Shown here in pieces: positions 49,270 through 62,162 of a DNA stretch of 64,000 bases (position 1 is its first letter; each line of letters begins with the position of its first letter). The position numbers and the translations under genes are program-made. Source of the DNA: Octopus vulgaris (lineage: Eukaryota); NCBI GenBank assembly GCA_951406725.2, contig OX597817.1, positions 24,490,001-24,554,000 on the forward strand. The letters run 5' to 3'. The notes beneath the pieces were generated by a model. That model had not been told where the DNA came from, made no database searches, and saw nothing but the letters and a program-made list of their open reading frames with translations.

Positions 49270-50934
49270 TGCGCATGCATCACCCAGAGTGCATTTGGTT
49301 TGTTGCTTGTGTCAGATGTTGGTTTTTGCTGGTGCATTGAGAGACAATGTACTCAGACTTTAGCGAGTCTGAATTGTCTTCAGCAGAGGAGGTCATAAAG
49401 ATGGACAGAGTGTTGGAAAAGACAAGGAGTTTTGCAGAGGTCATGGAGATGCTTCCCAATTACATGGTTCTAGGTTCTGTCTCACTGCATTGCATTTTGG
49501 GCAAGTGTCGTCAAGAAAAGCCTCAGGCCAACAAAATCTTGTAAATGGATTTGATAGATGGAAACTGAAAGAAACCTATTGTGTGCTGCATTTGCATTTG
49601 TGCCCTAACAACCACTTGACAACCAATGTTGGTGTATTTTTGTCCCTGTATATTAGCAGTTCAGCAAAAGAGTACCCAGCTAAAAAAAGAAATCATGGAG
49701 ATGAAGCAAAGGGAGTTGGACTTGGCTGGTCTGAAGGATTATGAGAAGATGTTACAGAAGGTGGGAGGGGACCTGATGCTGTCACCCCTCAAAGGAATTA
49801 TGGAGAGAAAAACGATCACATATAAGGTGTTCTCATTAAAAGAAAAGAGGTTGAGCAGATGGAAGCTGAAACAGAAAAGGCGCTAAGGGAGAAGTTGAAA
49901 GAAATAGTTTATATTACCAAAGGAAAGAGATATGGGATGATGGTCGTCCAATTTAGGACAGTAGAGGAGGCGAGGAGGTTGTCGAGTGTGGCGGTGCAAA
50001 CAGAAGTAGTAGTGCTTCTGCTCACATACTTTGGAAGAAAAACTTCCACAGTAAGGATAGAAGCAATTCCACCAGATATAGAAGTGACTTGGGTAGCGGC
50101 AGCTGTCCTTGTTGGAAGCAAGGAGAAAATGGCTGTCCTCCAAGCCACAGAAACAGAAGAAGGAGGGTGGAAAGGAAGGACGCTTGAGTTAATTATTCAG
50201 ATGGAGGAGCGTCAACTAGAGAACTCGGCAGAGACTGTGATGGGGGAAATCGTGCTGAGGGTGTGGGTCGAGGGCAGAGTACCACGTTGTTTTAAATGTG
50301 GCCAAAAGGGCCACATCAGAACATACTGCCCTCTATAGAGGACAATGGCTGAGGATATAGTTGTGGAGACAAAAGAGAAAAGAGGGGAAGAAAAGATAGA
50401 CAGGGGAAATGAGAAAAAGGAGGAAGAATGGAAAGTTACAGGGAGAAGGTGAAAGAGGAAAAAAGAAAAAACATTGAGTATCATGTGGTACCTCAGTCCA
50501 ACTCCATCCAACCCAAGATCACTCAGACATCAAACCCACCCACCCTATCCCCCACAGGAAAAAAAAGAAAAAGAAAGAACAGACACTACAAAATTTAGAA
50601 GACCCCCACTCCCAGTGAAAAAGGTTACGAATGCATGATGGAGAGAACGATGTCACTAAGAGATGGAGAAAAGGGACTGGACTGAAGGAGAAAAAGGACT
50701 TAGGACCCAGAGATGGCGAGTGGTGTTACTCAGGGTGGGGTGAGTAGCACACTCTTCATAATATAATTTTCAAATACCATTCATATTATCATATTTTAAT
50801 TTGTTCTTCATGTTCATTTTCATGTATCATTCATTATATCATATCTTATTTTCATATTTTTAATTGCGATATGTCCCCACATGTGTTGTAGTGTCCCCTT
50901 CTGTGTAATGCCTTTATGGCAAAATCTTGAAATA
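49270..50934 (+). mobile_element. ORF1/gag-only retroelement inserted into a family B SINE (49241-49269 plus 50949-51308)
   Basis: TSD aagaa(a/g)cttgcttc at 49256-49269 and 50935-50948, AATAAA at the 3' end, a single gag-like reading frame and no RT. Confidence 0.75.
49347..50460 (+). pseudogene. Non-LTR ORF1-like (gag) protein with a CCHC zinc knuckle, disrupted
   Basis: MYSDFSESEL...EVMEM, then KQRELDL..., then ORF 49859-50338 ending PRCFKCGQKGHIRTYCP (CX2CX4HX4C), then a charged tail EEEWKVTGRR. Broken by an insertion, a frameshift and a stop. Confidence 0.8.
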
Positions 50935-51892
50935 AAGAAGCTTGCTTCCCAATTACATGGTTCTAGGTTCAGTCTCACTGCTTTGCACCTTGGGCAAGCA
51001 TCTTCAACTAAAGCCTCAGGCCAACAAAAATTGTAAATGGATTTGATAGATGGAAACTGAAAGAAACCTGTTGTGTGTGTGCACGTGTGTGTGTATGTCT
51101 TTGCATTTGCATTTGTCCCCTAACAACCACTTGACAACCAATGTTGGTGTATTTATGTCCCTGTATATTAGCAGTTCAGCAAAAGAGTACCCAGCAAAGA
51201 AATTAAAAAATCAAGTACTGGGGTCGATTCATTCGACTGAAAATTCTTCAAGATAGTGCCCCAGCATGGCCACAGTCTAATGACTGAAACAACTAAAATA
51301 TAAAAGATATAAATCAATTAGATCAGTATTTTACCAAAATTTGTTAGGAATCAAGAAAACTTCCACAGTAATACATCCAATTCCACATTTTAATGATCAT
51401 TCTCAATGGATTTTGCTTGAGGTTAACAGCAAACATGCTATTTTGATTCATTAATTTTTAATTTTAGGAAATGTATTTGCCAGCAGTAAAATTAATTATG
51501 GATTTCTGCTTAGCTGACATATGTTTCAGGTAGTCAATAAATGTGAAGCAACACTAAATTGATCAGTCAAGACTGTCTGGTATTTTTCGCTGTGTTTTTG
51601 TAAGAAACTATAAAATATGGGAAAAGATGTTTCCATATATTTTCTTGTTTTGAAATTACTTTGAAGGTTGGCAAATGTCATTTTCAACAAACTCATCACC
51701 ATCTCACACAAATCGATAATGCATCTTCCTTACATCATTTGGACTTCTTCAACACATAAATTATAATAATTATAATCATCATCAATATTATCAAATTAAA
51801 ACAGACAACGTACCAAAAAGTAGGAGGTTAAAGTAAATGCAAAGGAATATACTGCTTCATTCCTCAATATAGAGTTCATATCTCTCATCAGT

Positions 51893-52640
51893 CATCATCA
51901 GTTTAACGTCCACTTTTCCATGCCTGCATGGGGCAGATGAGATTTCTTGGGATAAACTTTATGTGTGCTGGATGCCCTTTTGGTTACCAGTTCTTGCCTG
52001 AATGCAGTGTAATATTTTTTCATGGTAAGGGCATTTAGCCTAGTGATTAGAGTTTTGCATTCACAATTACAAGAACAAGGTTTCAATTTCTGGACTGGGT
52101 GATGTATTGTGTTCTTGAGAAAAACATTTCATCTAAACTTGCTCTGTGATCAATTTAACACCTGATATGTAGTACAATGTACTCCTGCTCAGGCAACATC
52201 GATTTGATAGATGGAGTGAGCTGATGTACCACACAAACCTATTTCTCTACTACCCACAAGGGGCTAAACACAGAGAGGACACACAAGGACAGACAAACGG
52301 ATTAAGTCGATTATATCGACCCCAGTGTGTAACTGGTACTTAATTTATCGACCCCGAAAGGATGAAAGGCAAAGTCGGCCTCGGCGGAATTTGAACTCAG
52401 AACGTAACGGCAGACGAAATACAGCTACGCATTTCGCCCGATGTGCTAACATTTCTGCAAGCTCACCACTGTTGGCCGCTATAAAAAATTCATTTCTGAA
52501 GGTTGTTCAGCAAGAAATAGCAGAACCAGCTTTCTCAGACTAAGAGATATAACCATCATTATTATTTCCTCGTGACAGGACATGTTTGCAAGGAACATTG
52601 CAAAGGAATGACACTGCTTGTATGATGGTCAGAATCTTTT
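51893..52640 (-). mobile_element. Older Meta-like tailed element interrupted by nested SINEs, including a family C copy at 52238-52468
   Basis: Tail aacgtccacttttccatgcctgcatgg at 51905; the body resumes at about 52560. The family C copy is clear. Confidence 0.65.
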
Positions 52641-52879
52641 ACAACTATCACTTAATATCTAGTGAAGGATCTGCACAAAATGCTAGAAATGCTCAGTTCC
52701 ACAGAGAAGGAGCAAAACAAACTGATGTAGATTCTTCAGATCCAAACTATTAGTAGCACAGTGAAGATTTGTAAGACATTCCAAACATTTTCATTTTGAG
52801 ATTCTCATGTGAATAGAGGCTCCTTCACTGGAATTTCAATATCAACAACAGGGTAATTTTTGTATGTATGTATGTATGT

Positions 52880-53427
52880 CAGGTCACTTTTGAGTGCTAC
52901 TGGTAACATGTAACCCAGTACAACCTGTTGCATGGTTGGACCGTCGGCGACTAAACCGGCAACCCCACCAAGCTTGCTTGGTGAGGAGGGTGTTTATTGG
53001 TCACCCTGCGGGATGAAAAACAAGACCCGTCAAAAGGCGGAGGAACTCTTGAGAGTCAACGGCCATCCAATAAATGTCTTAAGGCTGTATCATGCGCGGG
53101 GACATAGAAGTAATCGGACTGAATACCCAATCGCACGGTTAAACCATTGGGAGTGAAGGACTCTTAGCCTTTGTTAGGGCATCCTTCTAGGAGAAGGTAA
53201 CTCAGGTAACTGGGATACCTCTGACATAAAACCTGCGGCTCAGTGGTTACCGATGATGTTGACTTGTTCTTTTCAGATTATGGCTGCTGTTGCTTAGTGA
53301 GTGGGATTGACTCAGTGCACAGCCTTTCCTCACTTAAAAAAAATCTTCTTGCCCAGGCATTGCACGATAACAACTTTGATTAAGCTTCGTGCAATGGCCA
53401 TACTCGATAACGAGGGGGCAGCCACTA
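52880..53427 (+). mobile_element. GC-rich structured non-coding element in (TATG)n, resembling an RTE 5'UTR-derived non-autonomous retroposon
   Basis: Flanked by (tatg)n on both sides. The motif agggcatccttctaggagaaggtaactc resembles RTE 5'UTR motifs. Hairpins at 52966-52983 and 53358-53396. Confidence 0.55.
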
Positions 53428-53509
53428 TGTATGTATGTATGTAGACTTGTATGTTTTGCTTTATGTATGTATTCTCATGCATTTAGTTGCACATCTAAAC
53501 AAGCTCATA

Positions 53510-53705
53510 AAAAAAAGGCAATGTGTTACATATCCTAGAGCCCCGATAATTACAGGTATAAACCTGAACTTGTAATCTGGATAGATTAGCTGCAAATTTC
53601 TCAATAGTTCAGCGTAAGTATTCTCTTCTTCATTGATCTTTATGTTAACATCCACTGGGCAGCTAATTTCCACAACTGTACACAGTTTCTCTTCACTCTC
53701 CAAAC
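53510..53705 (-). pseudogene. REL endonuclease fragment of an R4/Dong-like retrotransposon
   Basis: VVEISCPVDVNI...EEENTYAELLRNLQLIYPDYKFRFIPVIIGALG matches the C-terminal restriction-like endonuclease signature (..PIVIGALG). Confidence 0.75.
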
Positions 53706-56487
53706 TCTTTTTCTCAGGCCTGTTGTGCTTATTGAGGTCTTCAACGGGATATTCCATGTATGTATATGTAACAGGCTTCTGTCTACCAAAGTTACTCACA
53801 AGCCTTTTTGAGACACAAGGCTATAACTGAAGTAGTTCTCAGGTCAATATTACATATTGACAACTACTTTATGCTACCGGTCTTTCTTTAGCCTTTATTA
53901 AGATAATTTTTTGTCATGTGTCAGATTTATAAAGTTTTAGCTTGTAGTCCAGCTAGTATGATATACTTTTATAGTATTGTATGCCATTTCTTTTTAAAAA
54001 CAAGTTAAACCTTGTATAAATACATAGAAATTTCTTTTCAGAGAGCCAAAATTATATGACAATGCAACGAGTGAAATTTAATGATAGAATACTATAGTCA
54101 ACTCCTAGATGTATCCCTCTTTGTACAGGAAGATTTTGATCAATCCACTGATTCATTAATGCTGCCACTCTAATCTGATGTTGTCCAGATGTTCTCTCAA
54201 TCTAAGTTTTGCCACATGAGTGGGCTAGCACAACATGAAATAAAGTGCCTCTCCAAAGAATATTTTGTGCCTCTTGGACTGGGATTTGAACCTTAAGTTT
54301 TATGATCGAAACCCCAATTGACTTACCACTAGGACATGTACCTTCTTGACCTGCGTACATAGAGAAATTTTGAAGCATTATTATGTAGCTAAGTGTATGG
54401 GTGAAAGATAATATTGGATATCCTTACACAACATGGTGTATTATTTTAGGCTATATAGACATTTGTCATGAAGATTATGGGAATTATTGATATTCTTCTT
54501 AATGTATTTTATATTATGGTCTGTTCTGCTATGGCAAATGTTGTTACATGTATGAAGCTATTTAGGCATGATTTGTTCAACCAGGCGAGGGTCATTTCTG
54601 TATCATTAATTGCTGCCTGCAGTACATGGAAGTATTGACCATATAAGGCCACACATTATTGTTGTTTATTGAGGCTTGTTTATTAATTTTTATTGCCTTA
54701 GTTTTAGATTTTAGCATTTCAAAATCTAGTTAATTTTATTGGGAAAATTTTCCTGCTTTAGTATAATGTTGGATTTAATACCTTTAGTAAAATTATAGTC
54801 AAAAATAGTTACAAGTTAATAGTAGAACAACTATATGCTCACTAAACTTGCAAGAAATAGTAGCTAAATTTTCCTTGAATAACACCACCATCTTTGAAAT
54901 AATGGACATATTGTATAATGTAATCCTAGGTGCGTTATATCCGAAACAAAAATTAGATGGTTTTTTTTTTCCTATGTTTGTTGATAAAGGCTTGCCTGAG
55001 GTTAACTACAAACAACACATGTATTTATACATACAGCTTTATGCTCGTCTGAAAAATATTGAGCAATAAAAGAGACTGGTATATTTTCTTCAAGGAATAT
55101 ACAGTCACTAGATGTCAGTTTACAAGTCATATTTAAGATTGTAATTACTATGACTCATCTTCCAGTCCAAGCCAACAAAACAATTCACTATATGTGTGGT
55201 GTCCCTAGTGGACGGTTAATACAAGGGAGACAATCAGTTTTAAAACATTTTTGGTGGGATTAGAAACTCAAATTTGAAATGAAGGAATTAAGTAAAAGGT
55301 GCATACTGTACACACATTTAATTTTTTTGTTGTTTACTTATTACATAGGTCATAAATTTTTTAGTCAGTGATGGTCATGTACAGCACTGTTTCATTCTTT
55401 TTATGAACCTTCAGCATGACATAATTTGAGATTTATTGATAAAGGCATTTTATGAAGGAAGATTTTCCTTATAGTGACAAATAATTAGAGTCTGGAAGAA
55501 ATTCATGGAATCGGTATTAATGAATTACTCAGAAGAGAAGAGACACTGTTCATCTTCCTTGTAGGTTTCACTGTGATCTCTGCAGACCTGTGAAATTTAT
55601 GTGACTCATGAAGAACTGCAGGTAAGTAGATCAATAGTTGAAAAAAATAAAAAGAAATATAGCCTTAAGTGGACCATGATTTATCGATTCAAATGCTTAC
55701 AGCAGAATAACCTCCACTAAAGACAAGGTACTAAACAATTGAATGCTATCATTAAAATGAGAAGTGTATTGTGTTAGGCATACTAACTATTGCAAATGTT
55801 GTTACGACAATGATGATGCTTCGATATCTAAATGAGTTTTAGAATATTTTAGTTTCAGAATTTTCAGAATATTTGTTCCACATTTTCATTTTGTACAACT
55901 TTCACATACAATTTTATCTCAGGCAAATAACTACAGAAATTGGAATTGTTCAGCCTTTGTACTTTTGGTTTCAATAGAATTCCAAATAATCTGTCTACCT
56001 TGCCAGTCTACTTCATCAAATTGTTCTTGAATTATGTAAGGAACACTTTAAAATCATCACCAAACTTTGATTTACTGAAGAGATTCTCAACTTGAATATT
56101 AGCTGAAGCATATCATTTAAGATTGTACATGAAGAAAAGGTGGCAGATGAGATTGTTTCTTTCTTTTCTATATATTGTTTGTATATTCACTATTTCAAGA
56201 ACAATACATATACAAAGTGAAAAACTAAATGTTACAATATTATGAAATATTCATGTCACTATGTTGAAGACAGTAAAGATTACAAATACAGTATTTTATT
56301 GGACTTGATAACAACTGTCTGTGACAGTTTTGATTGTTTTAAAACAGTTCACCACTAAATTTTGATAAAGTAGTCTTACAGGACTGAGTAAAAAACTTTT
56401 TTGTAATTAATCCAAATTTCTGTTGATGATGGTAAAGAAATCAAAACCATTCAGTATTGTCCCCCATTCTTCTTTGTCCAGAGATTA

Positions 56488-56730
56488 GGAGCACTCTGTC
56501 AGTTACGATGATGAGGATCCCAGCTGATACAATCAACAGAATAGCTTGCTCGTGAAATTAACATTCAAGTGGCTGAGCACTTCACAAACACATGTACCCT
56601 TAACGTGGTTCTCTCAGGGAGATTCAGCGTGACGCAGAGTGTGACAAAGCTGACCCTTTGAAATACAGGTACTACTCATTTTTGCCAGCTGAGTGGACTG
56701 GAGCACCATGAAATAAAGTGTCTTGCTCAT
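56488..56730 (-). mobile_element. SINE with tail type 1 but a non-family-A 5' part
   Basis: Tail matches 2969-3150; upstream is gccagctgagtggactggagc...aagtgtcttgctca instead of the family A body. Confidence 0.7.
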
Positions 56731-57049
56731 GATCGTAAGGCCGTGAGTTCAATTCCCAGTGGCACATTGTGTCCAGAGATTAATATTCACTAGCTCCTAA
56801 TATGTTTTCATACCAACTTATTTAATTCTCTCATGGCTCTGTCTGATATTAAAGACATTGGAAATAGACAAACTAAGATTTTTTTTACTTCATAAATATA
56901 TGGCCAATGCAATTGTATTTCTCTATTTCTAATTACATAACATTTTGTCTTTTCATAACTTTATGGACATACAAGAGGGTCACTGGAATCACTGAAAGGT
57001 CATCAGAGAAAGTAGTTATATGTATGTGGAATATGCACAGAAGTAATAA

Positions 57050-58822
57050 ACACTGAGGACGCAGATGAAAAGATTTTCTTGAATGCTCTGCAGGCTTCCT
57101 AACAGTAGAAGATAGTTTTGTTATCTAGGTGATCTAATAAGCAATGGAGGAAGATGTCCAGAAAATATAGTTGCTAGAATGAGAATAGGGTGTAGAAAAT
57201 TCTGTGTTATTACTTCTGTAAGTAACAAAAAATTGCTCTCCCAAATTGAAAGGCAGATTTAAGGTGCTTGTGTGTAAAAAAAAACAATACTACATCATAC
57301 TTAGATGTGGGCCCTGCATGATGATGACATGCAATTTCTATGGAAGAATGAATCTAGTATGCTGTTTTGGCTGGGCATATGTGTGTGCAGATGTGCGGCA
57401 GTGCTAATATATTGAAAGAAAAGTTAGGCATAAGAGTAATCAGATGTAGCATGCAAGAGAGAAAACTGCCCTGGCTTGGTCATGTGATGCATATGGATGT
57501 GGAGAGCTGCTGCATGCAGATGTGGTGGTTGCTAAACATGAATGGAAATTGTAGAAGAGGAAAATCCAGAAAGACATAGAACAAAGTTATGAAGGTTGAT
57601 CACAACATCCTGAGCCTCAAAGAGGAGAGGACTGAGGTGATTAGTGATTTGCTATGCTTGAAAGGACCCACCCATAACCGCAAAACAGAGACCACAAGAA
57701 GTATTTTGTTTATGTTTGTACATGCAGGACCCTACATTCTTTTTGCTCCATCAAGCTTTTTTCATATCTCTTTCCCCTGAATTCTACCCTAACATTACTC
57801 ATTTATCTATGGCACTATGCAATTGCTGTCGTCACCTGACTGTAGAATCAGTACAAATTACATTTCCCCACATTCATTTTTGTACTAACAACTACCTTTT
57901 CTTCCACTAAGTGAGCACTTCCATCTGTCATCTTCATTATCATCCCTTCCAACACTACTTTCGCCAGTAACCTATTGTACCTTCAGTTATATCTCATTAT
58001 CTGCCATATCTAATCTTTAACACCTCTTGTATCTACTAGTATTCTCAACACTGTCTCATAACTGCAACCATGCCCGACTCACTATAGCCACCCTTATGTA
58101 CCTCTACATTTTCCTATGCTTACCTATTTCTTTATTACCCACAAGGGGCTAAACACAGAGGGGACAAACAAGGACAGACATAGGTATTAAGTCGATTACA
58201 TCGACCCCAGTGCGTAACTGGTACTTAATTTATCTACTCTGAAAGGATGAAAGGCAAAGTCGACCTCGGCGGAATTTGCACTCACAACGTAACGCAGACG
58301 AAATACCGCTAAGCATTTCGCCCGGTGTGCTAACGTTTCTGCCAGCTCGCTGCTTACCTTCCTGTACTTCATCAGTTTGCTCTGGTACCTCATTGCATAC
58401 CATTTTTATATTCTTCCCAGCTACTCCCACCCTTCTTTATATAATATGGAACAACCACATATCTTGTCTTCCACAAGACGTTTATGCTTGCCCCTCTATC
58501 ACACTTTAGCTTCTAAACACCTGAGGTAAAGCCACCCTCAACCACCTCCGACTCTCAAATATTCTCCTCACTTAATGAAGGGGCTTTTCCTTTTCCTCTT
58601 TTTTTCGTGTTTTGCAAGTTACTTGGTGAGCTCACCAGTACCAATTGCTTAAAATCATCTCCCAGTTCACCCTGTAAAATGGTTGGCATTAAGAAGGTTA
58701 TCTAGCTGTAGAGACCACACCAAAGCTGACAGTGGAGCTTGATGCAGTCCTGCAGCTTGCTATATCTTATCAAACCATCCAACTAATGCCAGCATGGAAA
58801 GTAGATGTTAAATGATGATGAG
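57050..58822 (+). mobile_element. Old RTE LINE 3' portion (ORF2 remnant, long 3'UTR, Meta-like tail) interrupted by a family C SINE
   Basis: LKEKLGIRVIRCSMQERKLPWLGHVMHMD...RRGKSRKT; tail ggttggcattaagaagg...atgccagcatggaaagtagatgttaaatgatgatg. Confidence 0.75.
58121..58352 (-). mobile_element. Family C SINE
   Basis: Near-identical to 33822-34046; flanked by tgcttacct on both sides (TSD). Confidence 0.9.
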
Positions 58823-59140
58823 GAGGAGGAAGAGGACAACAACAATGACAATGGCGACAACAACGATGACCGACAAGGAGGATGTGGACAAGGAGGATGA
58901 GGACAAGGAAAATGAGGATGAGGAGGACAAGGTGGTGGTGGTGGAGGAGGAGGAACAGGAATAGGAAGCGGTGGTAGAGGAGGGGAAGGAGGATATGGAA
59001 GTGGAAGAGAAGGAGAAAGAAGATATGGAGGAGGAAGAAGTGGAGGAGGAGGAAGAAGAAGAAAAGGAGGAGGAAGAAGTGGAGGAGGAGGAAGAAGAAG
59101 AAAAGGAGGAGGAAAAAGAGGTGGAGAAGGGGAAAGAGGA
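58813..59140. repeat. GA-rich triplet low-complexity expansion of the RTE tail
   Basis: (gat)n grades into gag/gac/gaa repeats with a 39-bp duplication. Confidence 0.9.
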
Positions 59141-60007
59141 TATACTGTTATTAAAGAACTTGTCAATTGCTCAAAAGGACCTAAGCAACTCCATGTACAA
59201 TTGTACAAGAAGTGAATTATTATTTTGTAAATGTTCCATCATGATAGACAAGCGATTTCTAAATTACTGGTAAACAGAAGACAACTAGTAATTATATGGA
59301 ACATTTCTGAAGGAAACTAAGGAGGACAACCAATTCAATTTTTTAAGATGATAGCATGTGGTTTGAGTGAGATTTAACTGTTATTTCTTGCAGGTTGGTT
59401 AACCTTGCAGAGTCTTCCCCATTGACTCATTATCAAACAGTGGCTTCATTTCCTGTTTCTTTTTTTTTTTTTTACTGTTCATGTAGCTGAATTATTATTT
59501 ATTTTCTTATTTTTATTTTTGTCCGATCAGATGGAAACTGGATATATGTGATTCTGGTATTGATACATCGATCACACTTGTACGTACAACATGCGAGTAT
59601 TTATGAAAACCTTGTAGTCGCCTCACAAGATCTTTCAATTAATTTCCTTTGTCAATCATGTTCTCTGTCTCATTGTTGTTATCGCATGCTGTCTCTGAGT
59701 TTTCCTTTGTACTAGATTATCTTAAGACGACAAATTTCTATCCATTGTTGGTTTGACTATGTGCCTTCAGAAATATCTATGTAATGAAATATATATTTAT
59801 CTCAAGAGATTTTCATTCACCTTCAAGCTAGAAGAATGTAGCACATGTTTAACAGGCAATAAGACAATAATATTATAACATTATTGTCACTATTGTTGCT
59901 ATTAATAATAATCTACAATGATGATGATGATGATGTTGTTGTTATTGTTGTTGTTGGTGGTATTCCTGTCACTCCATAAATAAGTTCTGTGTGCTTCATG
60001 CACTTTT

Positions 60008-60061
<54 letters not shown>

Positions 60062-60065
<4 letters not shown>

Positions 60066-60391
60066 TCATCATCATCATCATCATTTAGCGTCCGTTTTCC
60101 ATGCTAGCATGGGTTGGACGGTTCAACTGGGGTCTGGGAAGCCCGAAGGCTGCACCAGGCCAGTCAGATCATATATATATATTCTTTTACTCTTTTACTT
60201 GTTTCAGTCATTTGATTGCAGCCATGCTGGAGCACCGCCTTTAGTCGAGCAAATCGACCCCGGGACTTATTCTTTGTAAGCCCAGTACTTATTCTATCGG
60301 CCTCTTTTGCCGAACCACTAAGCTGACGGGGACATAAACACACCAGCATCGGTTGTCAAGCAATGCTAGGGGGACAAACACAGACACACAA

Positions 60392-60436
<45 letters not shown>

Positions 60437-60670
60437 AAGGCAGCAAGCTGGCAGAGATGTTAGCACACCGGGCGAAATGCATAGCCGTATTTCATCTGCA
60501 GCTATGTTCTGAGTTCAAAATTTCCACCAAGGTCGACTTTGCCTTTCATCCTTTCGAGGTCGATAAATTAAGTACCAGTTACGCACTGGGGTCGATCTAA
60601 TCCACTTAATCCCTTCGTCTGTCCTTGTTTGTCCCCTCTGTGTTTAGCCCCTTGTGGGCAATAAAGAAAT
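60062..60670. mobile_element. Stack of an RTE tail (60062-60170, -), family B SINE 3' half (60183-60420, -) and family C SINE (60438-60670, +), joined by TA tracts
   Basis: Each part is paralogous to copies elsewhere in the window. Confidence 0.85.
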
Positions 60671-60856
60671 ATATATATATATACTGTGTTAAGTCAAAAG
60701 CTTGTTTTGGATTTTCACTGATGTTTGGTGACTTGTATTTCCCTTGTATGTCATTAATTTAAAACAAATTGTTGTCCAACCATCACTAAATTGTTTATTC
60801 ATTGTTTTCATATATAACATATAAACATTAATTGTTTATTCTTTATAGCTTTTATA

Positions 60857-62162
60857 ATGAGTGTTGAAACACTTGTAATTAGAGGCATTTTATGTTACCT
60901 GTGGGAAAAAAGACTAAGTGCAAGGACAGAGGCAAAAGAAATTAATAATGTGGAAGGCCAAGGAATTGTCAATAAATGTGTAGTAGAAAACTGGTTCAGA
61001 TATTTCAAAGAAGAGCCTCAAAGAAAACCAATGTCAGGAATACCTTTTGTTGTGGAAGGTGAGGCCTTGCTTGAACCAGTTGGGCAACAGCCAAGCACAA
61101 GCACTTGTACATTGTCAGCAGAACTTGGTCCTTTACAAAGAACCATTAACTGACACTCCCTTTAACTTAGCTTTGCAAACAGATGCTGTCGAGAAGATCC
61201 TCATGAACTGACCAATGACCAGCCACAGCAGGAGGTGCAATGGCCCAGTGGTTAGGGCAGTGGACTAGCGGTTGGAGGATCACGGTTTCGATTCCCAGAC
61301 TGAGCATTGTGTGTGTTTATTGAGCGAAAACACCTAAAGCTCCACGAGGCTCCAGCAGGGGGTGGTGGAAACACCTGTTGTACTCTTTCACTCCAACTTT
61401 CTCTCTCTCTTTCTTCCTGTTTCTTCTTCCCTACTTCCTATGCAACTGCTGAGCCTTGATGCACATTCATCCATCTGTCGATGCTCTCGGTGTCGGGGGT
61501 TGACCTGCTTTCTCTTCTGTGGGTCATACGAATAGCAAAGGACCACGTTTCGGACTTTTCCCACTAATGGGATGAAGACCGCTTCGCTCAACAAACAAAC
61601 AAACAAAACCAGCCACAGTAATATGAATGTTTCCAAACAATGGCTGGCAAATCCTTGTGATGCCTGTTTTTAGCATTGAATTGTAAATAGGGATGAAAAC
61701 TGGATCTATGTTTGTAAACCTAATATGAGAAAACAGTGGCTTTGTTTCGACTAGGTTTCAGAACCTGTAACCAAGCAAGAGTGATTTAAACAGAATGTCA
61801 TGTTGTGTGTTTGGTGGAATTTTGAGAGAGTGTTGCACTTTGAGCTTTTTCTCAGATGGTCATGCTGTGAATACTCATCTTTATGCTCAACAACTGCAGC
61901 AAGTATATGATGCTTTGAAAACTCTCTATGCAGTAGCAGTCCATTGAAGACACACACACTACAACAGGGTGACAATACCCCAGCACACATTGCCAATGAG
62001 ACCAAGTGTAAACTTAAAGAAGCTGACAGGCTAGAAGTGCTGCCTCACCCTGTCTGCAGTCCAGACTTTGCATCATCAAATTACCACCTTTTCAGAGCCA
62101 TGACTCATTTCCTGCATCAACAGAGCTTCATCCATGTAGATGAGTCTAATTTAAAGAGATGA
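60857..62162 (+). pseudogene. Decayed near-full-length mariner transposase interrupted by a SINE
   Basis: AKEINNVEG...VENWFRYFKE, IVNRDENWIY, VMLCVWWNF, GDNTPAH and VLPHPVCSPDFASSNYHLF. Confidence 0.85.
61231..61607 (+). mobile_element. Family A SINE, tail type 3, (AAAC)n end
   Basis: TSD accagccacag(c/t)a at 61218-61230 and 61608-61620. Family A head with a third distinct 3' module. Confidence 0.85.

Noticed and set aside
55586-55621. Possible 36-nt exon TCEIYVTHEELQ with a strong CAG|GTAAGT donor
   Set aside because: An isolated splice signal is expected by chance in 64 kb, and no partner exons were identified.
58783-59273. Proline-rich and glutamate-rich ORFs
   Set aside because: GA-rich triplet expansion of a retroelement tail, with no splice or other gene context.
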